DNA of 63,829 nt from Stylophora pistillata (Eukaryota), in the NCBI RefSeq assembly GCF_002571385.2, contig NW_019217982.1, positions 47,715 to 111,543 of the forward strand, read 5' to 3'. Numbering within the stretch: position 1 is the stretch's first letter; each line of letters starts with the position of its first letter. The translations under genes were made by a program, and so were the position numbers. Below are positions 21,201 through 36,200 of the stretch, piece by piece. Under the pieces are notes generated by a model, which was not told where the DNA came from, ran no database searches, and was given only the letters and a program-made list of their open reading frames with translations.

Positions 21201-24200
21201 CAGAACAAAGGAATGCATCTAGTACTTCATAACTGTAGCTAAGTATGTGATTTTTTTTAATATGTAATTTTCCAGGGGAACAATTGCTCCCATACTGGCC
21301 CCAGGAATGTGATGCCTGTGGCATCACAATATCACTGTATGCAGCAAAGATATCACTCTTTGCCAGAATATTGACTCTGTATTTTTGCAAAATGTTATTT
21401 CAGGATTGTATGCCTCCATCCTGCCCCATATCTCTTCTCTGCTTAGAAGACACCCCTAGTAGATCACAGAGATGCTTTGCTGTGTATCACAATAATGTGA
21501 TCATCTATAATCTCCTGAATGGAACATGTGTTGGACACCTCAAAGAGCTTCATCCCAGAGAGATCACTGCTATGTTGTTCTTCAATCCACTCAAGGTATG
21601 ACTTAGTAAATACAGACTCTTTGTCACTGTTTGAATGTGAGTGAAAGTTGTGCCTGTGATTGAAAATACCACAGGAAAAAAAAAACTGTATCAAAACGTG
21701 GGCACTCAGAAAATCCTTGCCTGTGTTTGGGGGTGCTTGATTAAGGTCTCTCAATCTGCACATTCCTGAGTTTAAGCTTGCTGATAGTGGCTAGTGTCTG
21801 TTCAAGGTGGCAAATTATACATTCTGCCCAATGCAGCTCTGGCTGTTCAAATGCAGTAGCACGAAGCACCTGAGGGTTGTCATTGGAAGTGTAAGTCAGT
21901 AGGTGGAGGAAACCTATTGGCTATCAGACCATTTTTCTCAGGCTACTTTGTTAATTGTGATAAAATACAGATAATAAGTATTTTTAAACAGATTCTGACA
22001 TCAGTGTCTGGTTATTAAAGGTTATCAAATATCAGTCTCAATGCTGGAAATCATGTGCATCAGAGACTTTAAAATTTTCACCACAAGGGTGTGTTGCAAA
22101 GCAACAGCCACCGATTCAGAGTGCATTGAATAATTCAGCCACTGACTCAGAATGCATTACATGAGATTACGAAAGAATAAGTACAAAAGATCCACACTTA
22201 ACATGTTGGAGTAGACTGAGGAAACTTCTTTTGAATGGGTTGCACATCAATGTATCAGAGGAGGGGAACAGGGATGGTGCAGCGGTGAGAGCACTCGCCT
22301 TCCACCGCTGTGGCCTCAGTTGGATTCCCATACCTGGCGTCAGATGTGGGTTGTTGTTGGTTCTCTTCCTTGCTCTGAGGGTTTTTCTCCAGGTCCTCCG
22401 ATTTTCCTCCCTCCGCAAAAACCAACATTCCAAATTCCAATTTGATCTGGAAACAGTGGACAAGAAGAGCCACCTAGTGGAATGTCCATTGCTAAATTAT
22501 TTATTAGTATTTATTTATTTATTTATTTATTTATTATGATGCTTCTTCTCAGTAAATGCTGAAATATTTCACTTTGACAAGAAGACCCCCCTCAGTTGGT
22601 CCAAATCTGAAATTTGTACAATTTTATGCAGTTTTTTCTTAATGGCATTTTTTAATTAAAGAGCTGCTTTATTTCAGTCTAAATGCCAAAGGCTTGACTC
22701 TTAACTCAGTGAAGCTAGATCTCTCATATAGGTAATGTGCAACCATGTTTTTTTTTCAATATTTCGTTATATGCTCATGTAGTTTTTATTCTATAGTATC
22801 TTATAACAGGAGCAAAAGACGGCTCAATAAAAGTGTGGGATGACAGAGGAAATATCAAGATCATCTTTGTTGGCCATTTAAAGTCAGTGAACACTCTAGC
22901 CGTGTATCCATTTGGTACCTACATCATGTCAGGCTCCAGTGACAATAGCATACGTGTGTGGAGTTTAGATACCGCGGATGAAGTAGATAGAATTGACACT
23001 AAAGAACCTGTACTGGGTCTTGGGACTATTGTGGGAAAAAATGACCTGTATTCCTTTGGACGGAGATCGATAGAGTTATGGAAGATCGAGCACATTCATT
23101 CTGTGTTTGCAACTGTAGGGTGAGTAAAATTTGATATTTGGAGCTTGATATACATTCAAGCTTGATTGAAGTCTGTTTACAGCGCGTTATTCGTGGGAAA
23201 ATGGATGTTAGGACGCATTTTAATCGAGCGTCTGAGAGCCAAAATTCTCACGGCGGTCAATTTCAACCAAGAAATCAGATTCAAGTGCGAGAAAACGCTA
23301 ACTATAAAGTAGCAGTCGGTTTTCGTTTTGGTCAAGATAGTGGCGCGAATTCAACAAGCCAATTACAAAGCAAAGGGAAGCGAAGCCAATGCAATCACAG
23401 ATCCTTTTTGAGACTTCGTTTAATATTGTAAGTTTTGCACGTGTGTATAATGATGATACTGCACCACGCAGGCTGCCCATGTCCAAACTTTTAAACCTAT
23501 TATAACTGATGCTTTTTACTTTGAGAGGCCAAATGCTGACAGAAAATGTAATTTGTGGTAATCCTGCGTAGCATTAATTAATATTTTGCCGGCACGTTTC
23601 GGAGGACTCGGGGTGGCTGCGAGGTACGCGGGGAGTTATGGGATCGTGGTTTGTAAGTAGAAGTCGTTAGTAGGGCAAGGCATTCTACGGTCAGCCTTCA
23701 CCGTGTGTAGTTCTTCGTTTTCGTCTTTTGTATAAATTTAGAGCGGTACTTGCATAGTACTTTAACTAACTATGTGTAAATGTCATTCATAGGATACCCT
23801 AAAACCCCAAGGGTGGCACCGCTGCCTTGGTCGGGGGTACACGTTCTCCGTATTTTCCACCTGCTGGTTTTTAGGGGTTTTCGTGTCCGGCTTTGGTGCG
23901 TTTAGTTTACTTCAATTTTAAAAGACTTCTGTTAGCATATCGACTCGGCGTTAAATAAACGGTGGCTTGGCTGGCCAACCCGCCCAGATATCAACCCTTT
24001 GTGTGTCTGCTTAAGTAGTGAAGGAAAAATACATATCCTTTCTTTCCACCATGCTTGAGACTATACTTAGGGATGTAGCCTGACATGATTCTAATTTTTT
24101 TTCCTTCGTGCAGAAGCAAAATCAAATATATCAAGCCCACGACACACCCAAGAGTAAGTAATGCTCATTCTACCATAGTCATAGCTAGAAATTGCCCGTT

Positions 24201-27200
24201 AGCGAAACAAAACATGTACAATGATATCCTCTGCTATTCATTTTCATCCATGTACACACAGTATCTGCAGGTATATATGTAGTTGTAACCGCACAGATTT
24301 TAAAATATATAATTTTATACGGCATTCTCGCAAAGTTACTTTTGGTTACAATGAATATATGAAGTTCATATATTCATATGATATTCATATTCATATGATA
24401 TTCATATATCGTCCATCATACGTAAAGTTACTTTTCTTTTCAATGCTACATCAATCTCAGATTATATTTTCTTGATTTTTTTACGCTGTTTGACCGTTAT
24501 TCAACGGCTGATATACACTGAGCGACAAGTCGAGGCGATATGTTGAGAGGAAAAGTCGCAACAACAGCTCCCATTATAGTTTCACAATCTCAACTTAATC
24601 TTTAAAAAAAATGTTGCACAAACTCAAATTGCAGGGAATTTTTAAGATTATCACAGGAATAAAATGAGTCAAAGCTACTCGTTTAGGGGAACAGCGCATA
24701 CAAAGCAGTTTGTCGTACAAATCTGTGGAAATGAGCTCTCGCCTGATGTTTCCCGGCCCTTAAAATTTAAACAAAATCTGCGATCTTTTTGTTCCCCAGA
24801 TGCCGACTAGACTGGTGTGCACTTGTGATGATGCAACAGTTCGCTTGTTGTCCCCAGGATCCGGGGAGTGTATCACCACCATGTTGTTACCGAACATGAG
24901 CATTATCGTTGACGTGTCGTACGCTGCTGCTGAAAGTAAGACAGGATGAAAATACTTGATTTGTACCATGTTCATTTTAGGGAGGTATATTTATTAGAGA
25001 CTGTGCAGTGCTGAGAACGATTAAATCTCCCACGGCTGGGCTCTGTGTACGAATCCTGGACCTGACGTCACACGTAGCAGGTTCTCGTCCAAGCTCGGAA
25101 GATTTGTACCCAGTTTCTCCAGTTCTCCTCATTTACAAAAACCAACACTTTTATTTTAATTTGGCCCAAAGAATAGCAGTTCTATTATTTTTCCCATATA
25201 AATGTACTGAGTTTGGCCATCCCTTTCTATTCTGCTGAGGTTTTTGCTTTATGCCGTGAAGACTTTCGACACAGAAGTAACTTTTAGTACTAAAATACTT
25301 GCTTAGACTTATGGGGGAGAATAATTTTAAATGCAGTAGTCAGACAAATGGAGAAATCGTTCTGGTGTGTTTTGGTGAAGTTTAACGCCAACTGTACTGC
25401 CATTACATTCATAGCGGCTGTATTGACTTTATTTTTTCCTTTGTCCTTGGTAGGTTTTCTGTTTACTTTGCTCTCAAACGGTAAAATCTTAAAAGCGTCC
25501 ACTTTGACCAATCCATGTAAGAAACTTCAGGAGTGGGATACAAACAGCAACTCAGATGGTACAGCCTTGACTTGAACTTGCAGTCACTTTAATTTGTATT
25601 TTAAGCTCTAATTTTCTACATGAAGCTTAATAATGTGCAGTGTAGGTATCAATAATAGTCAATCATCACTAATTTTTGCTCATTGACGTTTGGTCTAAAT
25701 ACGTCACGTGACTGAATATGTCCATGCTAAAATATACGAGCTTCTTATGAACAAAATCAGAGTAAGCTATTTTCATATGATTAACGATTGCTTTTCGACT
25801 TGTTTTCAGCTCCCTCTTCGTGTACTTGCCTTTGTCTTTATGAATACGTTGTGCAGGTAAGATACATCGATGGTGCTATATTAGCCCATTTAATACTTAA
25901 GTACACTGATTTCATTTGAAAGCTATAGAAATTCTGGAGATTGTTGCATGTGATACAATCTCGAAACAGCTGGCACTCATATCCTAATGGCTGACACTTT
26001 TGTCCAAAATAGCGCAGTGCGTGAAAATGACTGAGTTATTTATCTTGTTATAATTAGTATGAAGGTCCGATCTTAAGAGTACTTTCCAGAAAATTTGCCG
26101 GTCATATTCGTTTTAAAGAGAGTAAGACGGTGACAATGTTAGTCTGGGGTCGCATGAAGAGTTTGCAATTTCGTAACAGCGAGAGGTGGTGATTTTAGGG
26201 TTTAGTCGGAGATTGTGTATCGGATGGGGTTGACTCATTCATTTCTTTGGCCAGGGATTTTTTTCATGTGCTGAAAAAGTGAAATTTCCAACAGGTGAGA
26301 TTTGAGGTAATTTGGTAATTCAACTAAGTTGAAATTGTAAATTGGCCACCGTAAAGAGTTAAAAAGCTGACGTTTCGAGNTGACCAGGCCTTTACTTGGA
26401 ATGAAACAGCTTTGTTGGATTCCTTTTGTTTTATATGAACGGATTCAAACTCAGTGAACCTTAACCTATCTATACCACTGAGACCTGATGCAGAGCACTA
26501 AATAACTTGGAAGTTTCTCAAAAATGCGATTTTTGGTGCGAATAATTGTACACCACAAAATCGTACCCGGTTTACGACTACACTATAGGACGCTCTTAAT
26601 TCACATAATTTTCGTCTGATATCGGCAATTGCTCAAGATATCTTCCACCGCTCTCCGCGAACAACTTTCTTGGCAGGCTAACGATTAAGTACAAAATTGA
26701 GGGCTTGAAGGAGGGTAAAAAGTTCCATGAACGCCACTATTTCGTTTTCTTTATCTTGTCTGTGCTCGGAGAATACTCTATGTTTAGAATCAATTTTGCT
26801 TTTTAGATCACACTATCAAGATATGGCGCCTTTTCCCGTTCGCCGAGGAAGCCCTAGCCCCTCTGATGACGTTATACTGTCATGAGACACCCAGATTCCT
26901 GTCTGTGGCTCACCACAAGCTCTGTGCGGCATTCCACGAGCCGGCCACTCCTTCATATAACATCGTCGTGTTCAAAACTACTCAAAAAAGTGAGTAACAT
27001 GATACTTTAATGTTCTGAAGTTTGAGCTACATGTACCCTATGCAGCACGGAATCGATATCGTAATCCGCAATATGTTTTTAATTCTGTCGCAAAATTATC
27101 ACCAAGGAATTTGAATGTATGAAAATCATATATGTGTACTGTGGTTTGATGAAATTTATGAATGCGATCCTCGCAGTACTGAACCTGAATTTTTTTCACG

Positions 27201-30200
27201 CCTAATTTCTGCTATTACATAAGTAGGGTTCATTACTGCGAGAATTATCGCCAAGTTAATCACCATGCCCGTTGAGATCAAAAGGAGATACCACAAGGTG
27301 GCCAGTACATGATTAGTTGAAAGGATGGTGTTTATTTTCTTTACCAAAGAATTGCAGATTGCATCAAAGCATGACCAATACAATGTTACATTGCTTTAAT
27401 CANNNNNNNNNNNNNNNNNNNNNNNNNNNNNNNNNNNNNNNNNNNNNNNNNNNNNNNNNNNNNNNNNNNNNNNNNNNNNNNNNNNNNNNNNNNNNNTTTT
27501 CGTCTCAGGGGCACTTTAAGATTGAGAATTGCCCTTAGCTATGGTTTTGAGTCATTCTTATCTTGTTTTCGTGAGTTTTCCATAGTCCAAACAATGTTTT
27601 GTATTCACAATAAAGAAATTGTCCATCAAACGCAATTTCAATTTCTCCAACCGAATGTTTTTCTGTCACTTTGTCTTTTCACATTCGTCTTCTTTGTTTG
27701 TGCGATTGCAGTTTTTATGTTGTCTCAAAACTGACTGGATGTTTCTTGGAATGTCTTTCACGTCATTGAAAATCTGTCAACACAAGTTGTTGGCGTCGAT
27801 GGCTTAACATTAAAACCAGCCATACATATAGGTGTATTTTTTTACATTTAGTTACCTACAAACGTGATTAACTTTTTTCCAAAACAGAACGATTTGATCA
27901 CAATAGCGATTGGGATCACATGGATGACGTCACAGGATTGGCCAGTTGCGCCAAGATGAGACTGTTCGCGTCGTGCAGTGCGGACGGCTCCGTGAGAATT
28001 TGGGACGAGTCCAACAAACTTTTACGCTTCATCAAACTAAATGCTACTCCTACCAGCATTTGCTTCTCAAGTCAGAAAGGCGACCTGATTGTGGGCATTG
28101 GGAAACATCTGCACAAAATTAACTACGCTAGTTGTAAGTAAAGAGTTCTTCAGATGGAAAGTATTTCAATTTGAGCTACATGTACCTTGCGATAGTTGGA
28201 TTCACCTCGTGAGACGTGCAAAACAAACTCAACTTGAAGGAGACTACAGAATAATAACCGCATGTCATTGCAATGTTCGTACACCAAAATCAACATATAT
28301 GTAATCTCAATGAGCGACCATAAAGAAGAAAATGGTATAATGGGTTAATTAAAAATAAAAAATAAAAAAAAAATTCTTGAAGCACAGTAAAAGGCGAGAT
28401 CAAGCTGCTGTTGATGCAAATTTTTCTTCTGACATGTCAAGAGGGTTGTGCGAGATTGCAAGTGACGAACTTGAAGCAGAGAGACTCAAATGGCGAAGAC
28501 TCGCTTTTGTCCTCGCTCACTCCAGTTCAATTATTCCAAACGCATATGTTCTGTTCTAGGCACTCAACCAATCACACTTTTCCTCGTCAAATCTGTGGAG
28601 TAGATCAAAAGCAAAACAGTGGAGCGTTCTAAGCCACGATTGATTCGATCAGACCCCGTTGATTTGGTACCGTTTGACGCTGTCTCGATATACATACGTG
28701 AACACTTAGATTCCACGGAACCAAGCGAAAGAAAACAAATCAGCGCAACCACTTCCCAAAACAATGTCTGCTCGATGTTAAATTTTCTTTGCAGACTACG
28801 GTTTCAAATACTAGCAAGCATGACTAAAAAATTTTAACTTGTTTCTACATTTTCAATATTACTGACTATGCCTTTAATCGCACAGACATGCCTCAGTCGT
28901 TTATTTTCCGAATGGTGGCGATGGATTTTCGACGCGTCTTCGCTGAGGCGCCGATAGAGATCGACTCAGAGATCAAGGGCAACCTAACACCTGAGGAGTG
29001 TCAGAGACTGGGTCGAGTCAAGTCTTCGTTACACAAGTACAGTGGTTTTCAAGACATCTTGCCACAGGATGAGATGGACGAGAAAATTCAGGAAGAAGAA
29101 AGGAGAATACAGGTACGATATTTCTTTTGTTCACACAATTTGCAAGAAGTTTTGCAAGGAGGCCATTTGAAGTGTTTTTGAAGCAAATGACTTTGATGTA
29201 GTGCGATCGTCCAGGTGAGTGTAGTTCTGAGTAGGATTGTTGTCGGTGTTGGTGACTCACATTTCGACAACCTGTGTGGAAGTCATCATCAGAGTCAAGT
29301 GAATAGTTGTTGTCAGTAGAATGTTCAAAGTCCAGTTCGTGTATGTTATGTTAGCCACGCTTTTTGTTTGCGTCACTGAGATTTCCATTTCACTGATTTT
29401 TTTCACTGAACATTTTTTGTTTTAAAGTAATTGGATAACATATCTACCATAAACTTTCTTTTCAGGCTTTTTCTAAGATTCAAGAGCGAGAAAGTGAGCT
29501 TAAAAAACTTAGAGATGGCACTTACCGATTCAGTAGAAAAAGGCCTAATATCGATTCAGAAGCAGTACGCGGAGAAGCGTTCGAAAAATACCTGGAAATA
29601 TTTTACAAACGGCCCCACTTCGATCTTCCAGACGATACCCTGGAGGACAGTGGGATTGATAACGAGGACGAGGAGGAACCCTACGCCCAAGACAGGGGAA
29701 CGGGATTTTTCTCCATCAGTAGACAATCGACAACGTCGAAGAAAAGCCAGACATCCCCTGAAAAAACACCCAAAGCAGCGATCGCAAGTTTATCCATGTC
29801 AGAATTTGAGCCTATTAAATTACAGGACGATTACGAAGAAATGCCGGTTCTTCCTCCCGCAGATGAACGAGACGAATTTTCGCCGTCTGACCGGCCCTTT
29901 ACCATGGAAACTGAAAGCGAGATCTTCTCGCACGTCGAGACGAGTTCAAGGGTTTCGCATTCGGCACCAGCTCGTAGACTGAAGGATTTCCGAAGGCATC
30001 CGATCGAGCCACCGCTCATAAATCGGGATCGTGATCGATACGTTGTCCACGTTCCTAAGTCTAAGCAATATCCATCACCAAGCGAGTCTGTTCAAAAGGT
30101 ATCACAGAGGCTTTCGCGCCTGGCTTCGCATCAAAATGAGGGCGACGAAGAGATGTTTGTTATTGCTCCCGACGGCTTCATTCCAAACTCAGTTGTTGTG

Positions 30201-33200
30201 GCCATGCTCAAGGATTTGAGAGAAGAAGGCAAAGAAGAAGCAGACAAGTGGAAGCCACCTCAGTTGACCGCAGAACAACTGGCAGAACTGGAGAGCAGGA
30301 AAAAGGTAAGATAATAAACTGGTGTAATACGTCAGACGCTTATTATACATCATGGGCTCATACAGTATATACATACGCGTTGTAAAGATGGAACAGGCAG
30401 GTAGTATAGAGATCCTTAGTGACTGACGTTATTCTGGCGGCAAGAATGGTGACCGAAGGCCATAGTTTCCATGGTGCTTAGTATATTGTACTTTATACTT
30501 TGTATTTTCTTGTTTGTTTGTTTGTTTCTAGAATCGTTAATTTTTCATGGCTGTTGAGTTCATTTTGATCTTCAACGAAGACTAATAAAAGTGAGGTTAT
30601 CAACAAGATCATCTGATTTTGATCAAAGGGAACTTTTTTTGTCTCCTTAGAAACTTCCTAAATCTCCAGAGAGTCCAAAAGGCAAGAAAGAGAGAAAAAA
30701 GTTAAATTTTGCCCGTCAGTTACAACTGGCATTGAGAGACAGTCCGTCACCTGAGCCTGCCACTGACCTCTTCAAATCACCTACTCCCACACCTCCCCCG
30801 TCCTCTCCCCCTGTAGAGCCGACGCCTCCGAGGATCCCCTCCCCAAAGAAAGAAATCAAACCAGTTCGATCGATTGAGAAACTGATATCAAGGCCGAAGC
30901 CCCGAACTCCAGATCCGTAAGTACCACATATTGATTTAGAGGAAAAATTAAACAACACTATTTTAAGACTCCCTCCTCGTTAAAATACCCCCATCTAGAG
31001 CATATTTCCCTCATTACAAAGTTCCTCAACCCAAGCAGAAGCTGTCAAAAATGGTGTTGTGATAATGCCATGCAGTTGGCTATACAGTGGCACTGTTGTG
31101 CATTTGCGATGGGTAGCAATTCAGTTCATAGTATTCTTGTATTTGAACAGCTTTATCAGTTTCGCCCTTAAATATTGTGGGCAGTATTTATTCCCCCCCT
31201 CCCCCATCTCTCTTCTATTAAAGAGCAACTGAAGTGTCAGTTAACGTTATGGTTTAAAATTCAAGAAAAAAAATGAACTTAACTATTAATGACATGAGGA
31301 CCATATTGTGTATTGTTCGAAAGACGAACCACACCTGATGGTTTTGAAAAAAGCAATAAACAATGCTTACGTATTTTGTTGCACATGAAGCAGTTGTCCC
31401 CTGAACCTTACTGTAATGATAATATTAAAAAAAAAAAACCGTAATCCTTTATGATTGCTCTCTCTTTGAAGCTTAAATGAAGAATTAACAAATGAATAAA
31501 TGATATATGTAGTGGACTACATTTAAACACCCTTTCCGTTTAAAGACCGCTGCCCAGCAGTCATTACAGCATGTTAACCATGAGCAATCGGACGTCTTCC
31601 GTCGAGGTACCAATTATAAATGAAGTTATGTGTATACATGAGAAAAGAAGTCAAATCTTGGATGAGCTTATCTCGCGTGCAAATGAAGATCTAAAGACAG
31701 ACTCGAAAGCACTTAAGCTAAGGTAAAGTTAAACATAAAACGTTGGTTATCTTTTAAAGCACACAAGAAGTCTTCAATCCCTGAAGTATCTAAAATAACT
31801 AATATGATTCAAACATATACCCATGTTAAAATACAGTTGCCATTTAAATGTCATGAAATGTAAGGGAAGTTGGGTTGAAGCAATGAACTCATAAAATTCA
31901 ACTTTTAAAATCATTATCCCACCACTGGTTAGAATTTCGAGCTTCAGAACCTTCCTTTTGATATTGCTGGTAGCTTTCAAGGTATTCCGGGCTCCATGAC
32001 GAGTTAGACTCTGGAGATGTAGCGGAGTTATTTGAGTACTTATCACTCTGTTAACTTTTTTTCTGAGTTTAAAACAAGAACCTTTCTATTGTTGATCATC
32101 TCTCTATTTTGATAAACTATTTGTGGACTTGGGAATTTCTAAACGCACTTGCGATAAACTGCATCTTAGTTTATTCTTAGATATTTGCTTATCTTCCAAC
32201 TTAAACCGTCTTCGACTCACCTGTTGATTGATCGTAACAATTCATCACCTTTAACGCGTTTTGATCTTTGGTTTCACCTCCCCCCCCCCCCTTTTACTAA
32301 CACATTTTTCTGGTTGGTGTTTTTCAGCACACCTTCTCCTTCTCCTCCTCCTCCTCCGCCCAAAGAACCAACTCCGACCCCTCCCCCACCCCCTCCGTCT
32401 CCGTTGCCATCGTTTATCACTCAGTTTAAGGGAACGCTTTGGTTTGACAAATTCTTCCCTAATGCAAACTCAGAGGTATGAAGCTGAAAATAGTTGTTTA
32501 TAATTTCTCATCAATAGTTACTTGAAATCTGGTTAATAGAATTGGGTCGTTTAATAGATTCAGTTACCATCTGGTAGCCCTCGGATAGTTTAGTACCGTT
32601 TTAACGACCAAGAGGATCCAGTCATTCGAAGGTAGGATAACGCTATTGACTCGATAAATCTCTATCCGGTGGAGAGCTCGGTACGTTTTGGTAACACTTA
32701 TCCGCTGTATAGCGATTTATCAGTTGGATACAGCGTTATCCGCCCTTTGAACAACTGGATCCAGAAGTTAAAATTTCGCTGGGTCTGAGGCCTTAGAATG
32801 GATCAACAACACTTAGGATGTTGAGTGGTGAAACGGTGGTGTTTTTGTCTAACTTTATATATGCTCTATGGGAGGAAGGATGATAAACAAAGCTAAACTT
32901 AGAAAACGAGAGGGGTAGCACAAGTTAATGGCTACTACAACTCCTTTCCAGACATTTCCAAGACCTTGGACACCAGAGAGCTTTGTGGAGATTTTACTGA
33001 CCCTCATTCAGAAGACAACTGATCATGAACTGAAGACGCAGATTTGCGCTGTAAGTACAGTACTGGCTGCTGCCTTTGGCTTGGTTTGAAGTGTAGAGCC
33101 TTTTTATACTCGTTTTATACTCTTTTGACCCGCTACTTTGAAAATTGAAAAGGATGTTACATATAATTTATTTCAAAGGTTTCCAGATGAGCCTCGTTGT

Positions 33201-36200
33201 CCGGAAGACTGGGCGACCACTTCCGACGACATCGACAATAAATAGTCTTATATTACATTACAATAGATCGGATTAGCACCCAATAAAAGTTTGTGGGTCG
33301 ATCTTTGGAAGATCAGCGTAAATTTTCATTCCTTGTATGGAACATGCTGATAGCCAGTTTTTTTATTCTCTTCATGTTTTGTAGGCCATAATGCTCTTAC
33401 ATCGTCAAGAGGGTCTGGACCGACAAACGACCGAAAAGGTCAATCGAACCATGATAGCTGAACTGAATATCCCGGATCATCCTACTGCACATGGCCCGTC
33501 CCAAGCCAAACAGTTTTTACGCGTGGCTCTACAGCTGTCGCACACAATGAGAGTGTATGAAGTGTCCTTTGTGGCTGAACTAATGGCGCAGTTTATTGAT
33601 GGTGATGAGGAAATCAGGTACAGTAGCCAGCTGTAAGAAACGTGTGTCTGCCGACTGTATTTTGCCATATCAGCCAGCAACAGCAAACATACATAACACG
33701 TGCTTGAAAGGGACTACGTCGAAAAGTTAACGAATTTTGCGTAAACGAAAAACACGGCTTGTCTTTCCATAGGAAAAAGCAGTGCTACAAAGCTTACACG
33801 TCACAATATACGTGTAATTTTTCGAGTAAAGAAGTGCTCGCATGGTAATTAGTAGCAAATGCTTAAAACTAAGTTCAAAATTTATCATCTTTGTTGTCTC
33901 GCATTGGTGTATGCACACTGTTTGCTTTCGATTGTTCTAATCCTAGCAGTACGCAATACGCCTTAGGCGCCTCCACCAGATAGGTGGCTTATTGCAGCTT
34001 TGCAAAAGAGTAAGCGACTGTGAAATGGGAACTTCATGTAGCTAGGGACTAACTTCTCTCTGGCGACTCGGAATATTTTTTCATGGTTATTTTTTTAACA
34101 CCTTCCTACAGACACTTGTTTGAGATCAGTATATGAAATTATGATGCTTCGTGAAGCTTTTATTACAAGTTGTTGGCTGATTTCCGTGCATTTTTTTGGA
34201 TTTATAGGAAGTTTGTTCGAGAATTGCTAGCATCTATAGGAGTACTAGACACTGCTGGGTACTTTGCCAAGGAAATGGACTTGTTCGATACCACGGTACG
34301 TGTACACATTTATGCACGAATACATGGTACACGACGAACAAAGCAAAACACCTAACAATAAAAAATAATGTTAAAATGTCTCATTGTAGTCACAACTAAG
34401 TGAAATACACCCTGCTAGTAAACTCGAGTCTGTAGTCAGTGCGGCATCTGTTTAATCCAAGCTAGGGTGAGTCATTTGAAACACGATTAGCGCTGATTCC
34501 GATTCAGTTGTCATGGTATTCTCTCTACCCTTGGAATCCGTCATCATCGGGTTTCAAGAAATCCGCTCCATCTGTTTTACGGAGGGTAATCAAACCAATC
34601 ACTTAAGCTATGTTATGTGGCGAACGTTTCACGAAACTATGCAATTTTTTTTTTCTTTCCCTATGTGCTAGAGTATCCCTGGGAACAGAAGGAAGGCTCT
34701 TATAAAGGACATGTGTGTTCAGTGGCTAAACAAGTGGCTTGGTCAGTTTAGACAACATATCCGATCCCTGGCAGGCAAGATCAGTCGCGCTCAAGCTGGC
34801 AGTGTAGTCAAGTGAGTTTGTATCCTTATGTCAGAACTCCTATTTGATAAACAACAAGGTATATTGTCATTCCTGGAAAAATCCTGTCGCTGGGTCCAAA
34901 TGCATGTTAATAAACTTTAGGGTTGGGAAGCTAGAAGAAGAACCTTTCATGGGCAAGTACTACTTGAAGGCAAGTGGCATTACAACAAATAAAGTGGTAT
35001 AAAGTCACACAGTCGTGTATCACAATGCTAATGAACACTTTTGTGGTAAGAAGTGTCAATAAGCCGTAGCGTCTGTTGCAACTGAGTTCAGTGAACGAAT
35101 GGCAGCTGTGAATTGTCTATGGGCACAATTATGGATGGAGAGTATGAATTATTCAACCAATGTACACCTAGTCATCTTTCTTTACTAAATACTTTTTTCC
35201 TTTTGTTAACCTAGAGGAACAAAAACGCCAAAGACACCCAGCTCTATCAAAGGAATTTTGAAGACAGACAGAGCAAGCTCACAGGTGTGTTTGATTTGTA
35301 ATCTTCATGTTATAATTCTCGTTTTGTGTGTTAGCGTGGAAGAAAAGCTTTTCGATGTAATTGACAACTTCTTGTCTCTTTGTCTTGTTTTGTTGTTTGA
35401 CTTCGATTTTTGTTTTTTTTGTGTTTGTTGTTTTTCTACCAGAGGACAACGTCCGAGATGTCCAAGCCCACGACTAGTAAGTGTAAACTTAATCTTACTC
35501 CCTCGGCATATGTGTTCTGTTCTTTGTTTAAAATACCCCGAATGTAGTGTAATTGTTTCGAAATAACATACAATTTTTGCGGAAGTTATTCTTCCTGCAC
35601 TTAAATCAAATTTATATTATGAAGACAGTGCTTTTCACTTTACTTACGATGTGGGTGTTTCCTATCTTTTGTAGTCTCTTTTGACCTTGAGGCCCTCGGA
35701 GGAAAAGCCGCTGACACAGCGATGCCTGCAGAAGCGATCAATTACTTCTGTGAGATTAGAATGGAGGAGGAACTGGAACGAGCGCGAACGCGAACGCGAA
35801 CGCGAACACGAGAGAAGACACCCGTTCAGGCCCAGGATAATTCTAGAAGTACAGTGCTCGTCCTGCCAAAAATACACAGGTACGTGACAACTTCCGATTA
35901 GGGGACTGTGAAAGAAACTTAGCTAAACCTTTTCAAGATTGGAATCAAAACTACTTTTTTTTCCTCCTTCAGCAAACGGAGTCTTACCCGACTTGGAGAA
36001 ACACATTGCAGTCACTGCCATCCAGAAAGAGAAACATCTCTCGCCTTAGGTAACACCTTTTCTTTTTCTTCAGTGTTCGGTATTATTGATCTTTTTATGT
36101 CATAAAAAAAATTATTATTATGATGTTTACCATTGTTGCGAGTGGACGTTGTGATTATTTTGGTTTTGATACAAGCTTTTCGGCACTCAATCCAAAGCTG

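Noticed and set aside
23554-24051. GC-richer intronic block resembling a solo LTR or DIRS terminus
   Set aside because: No TSD, second copy or coding remnant found, so the class cannot be supported.
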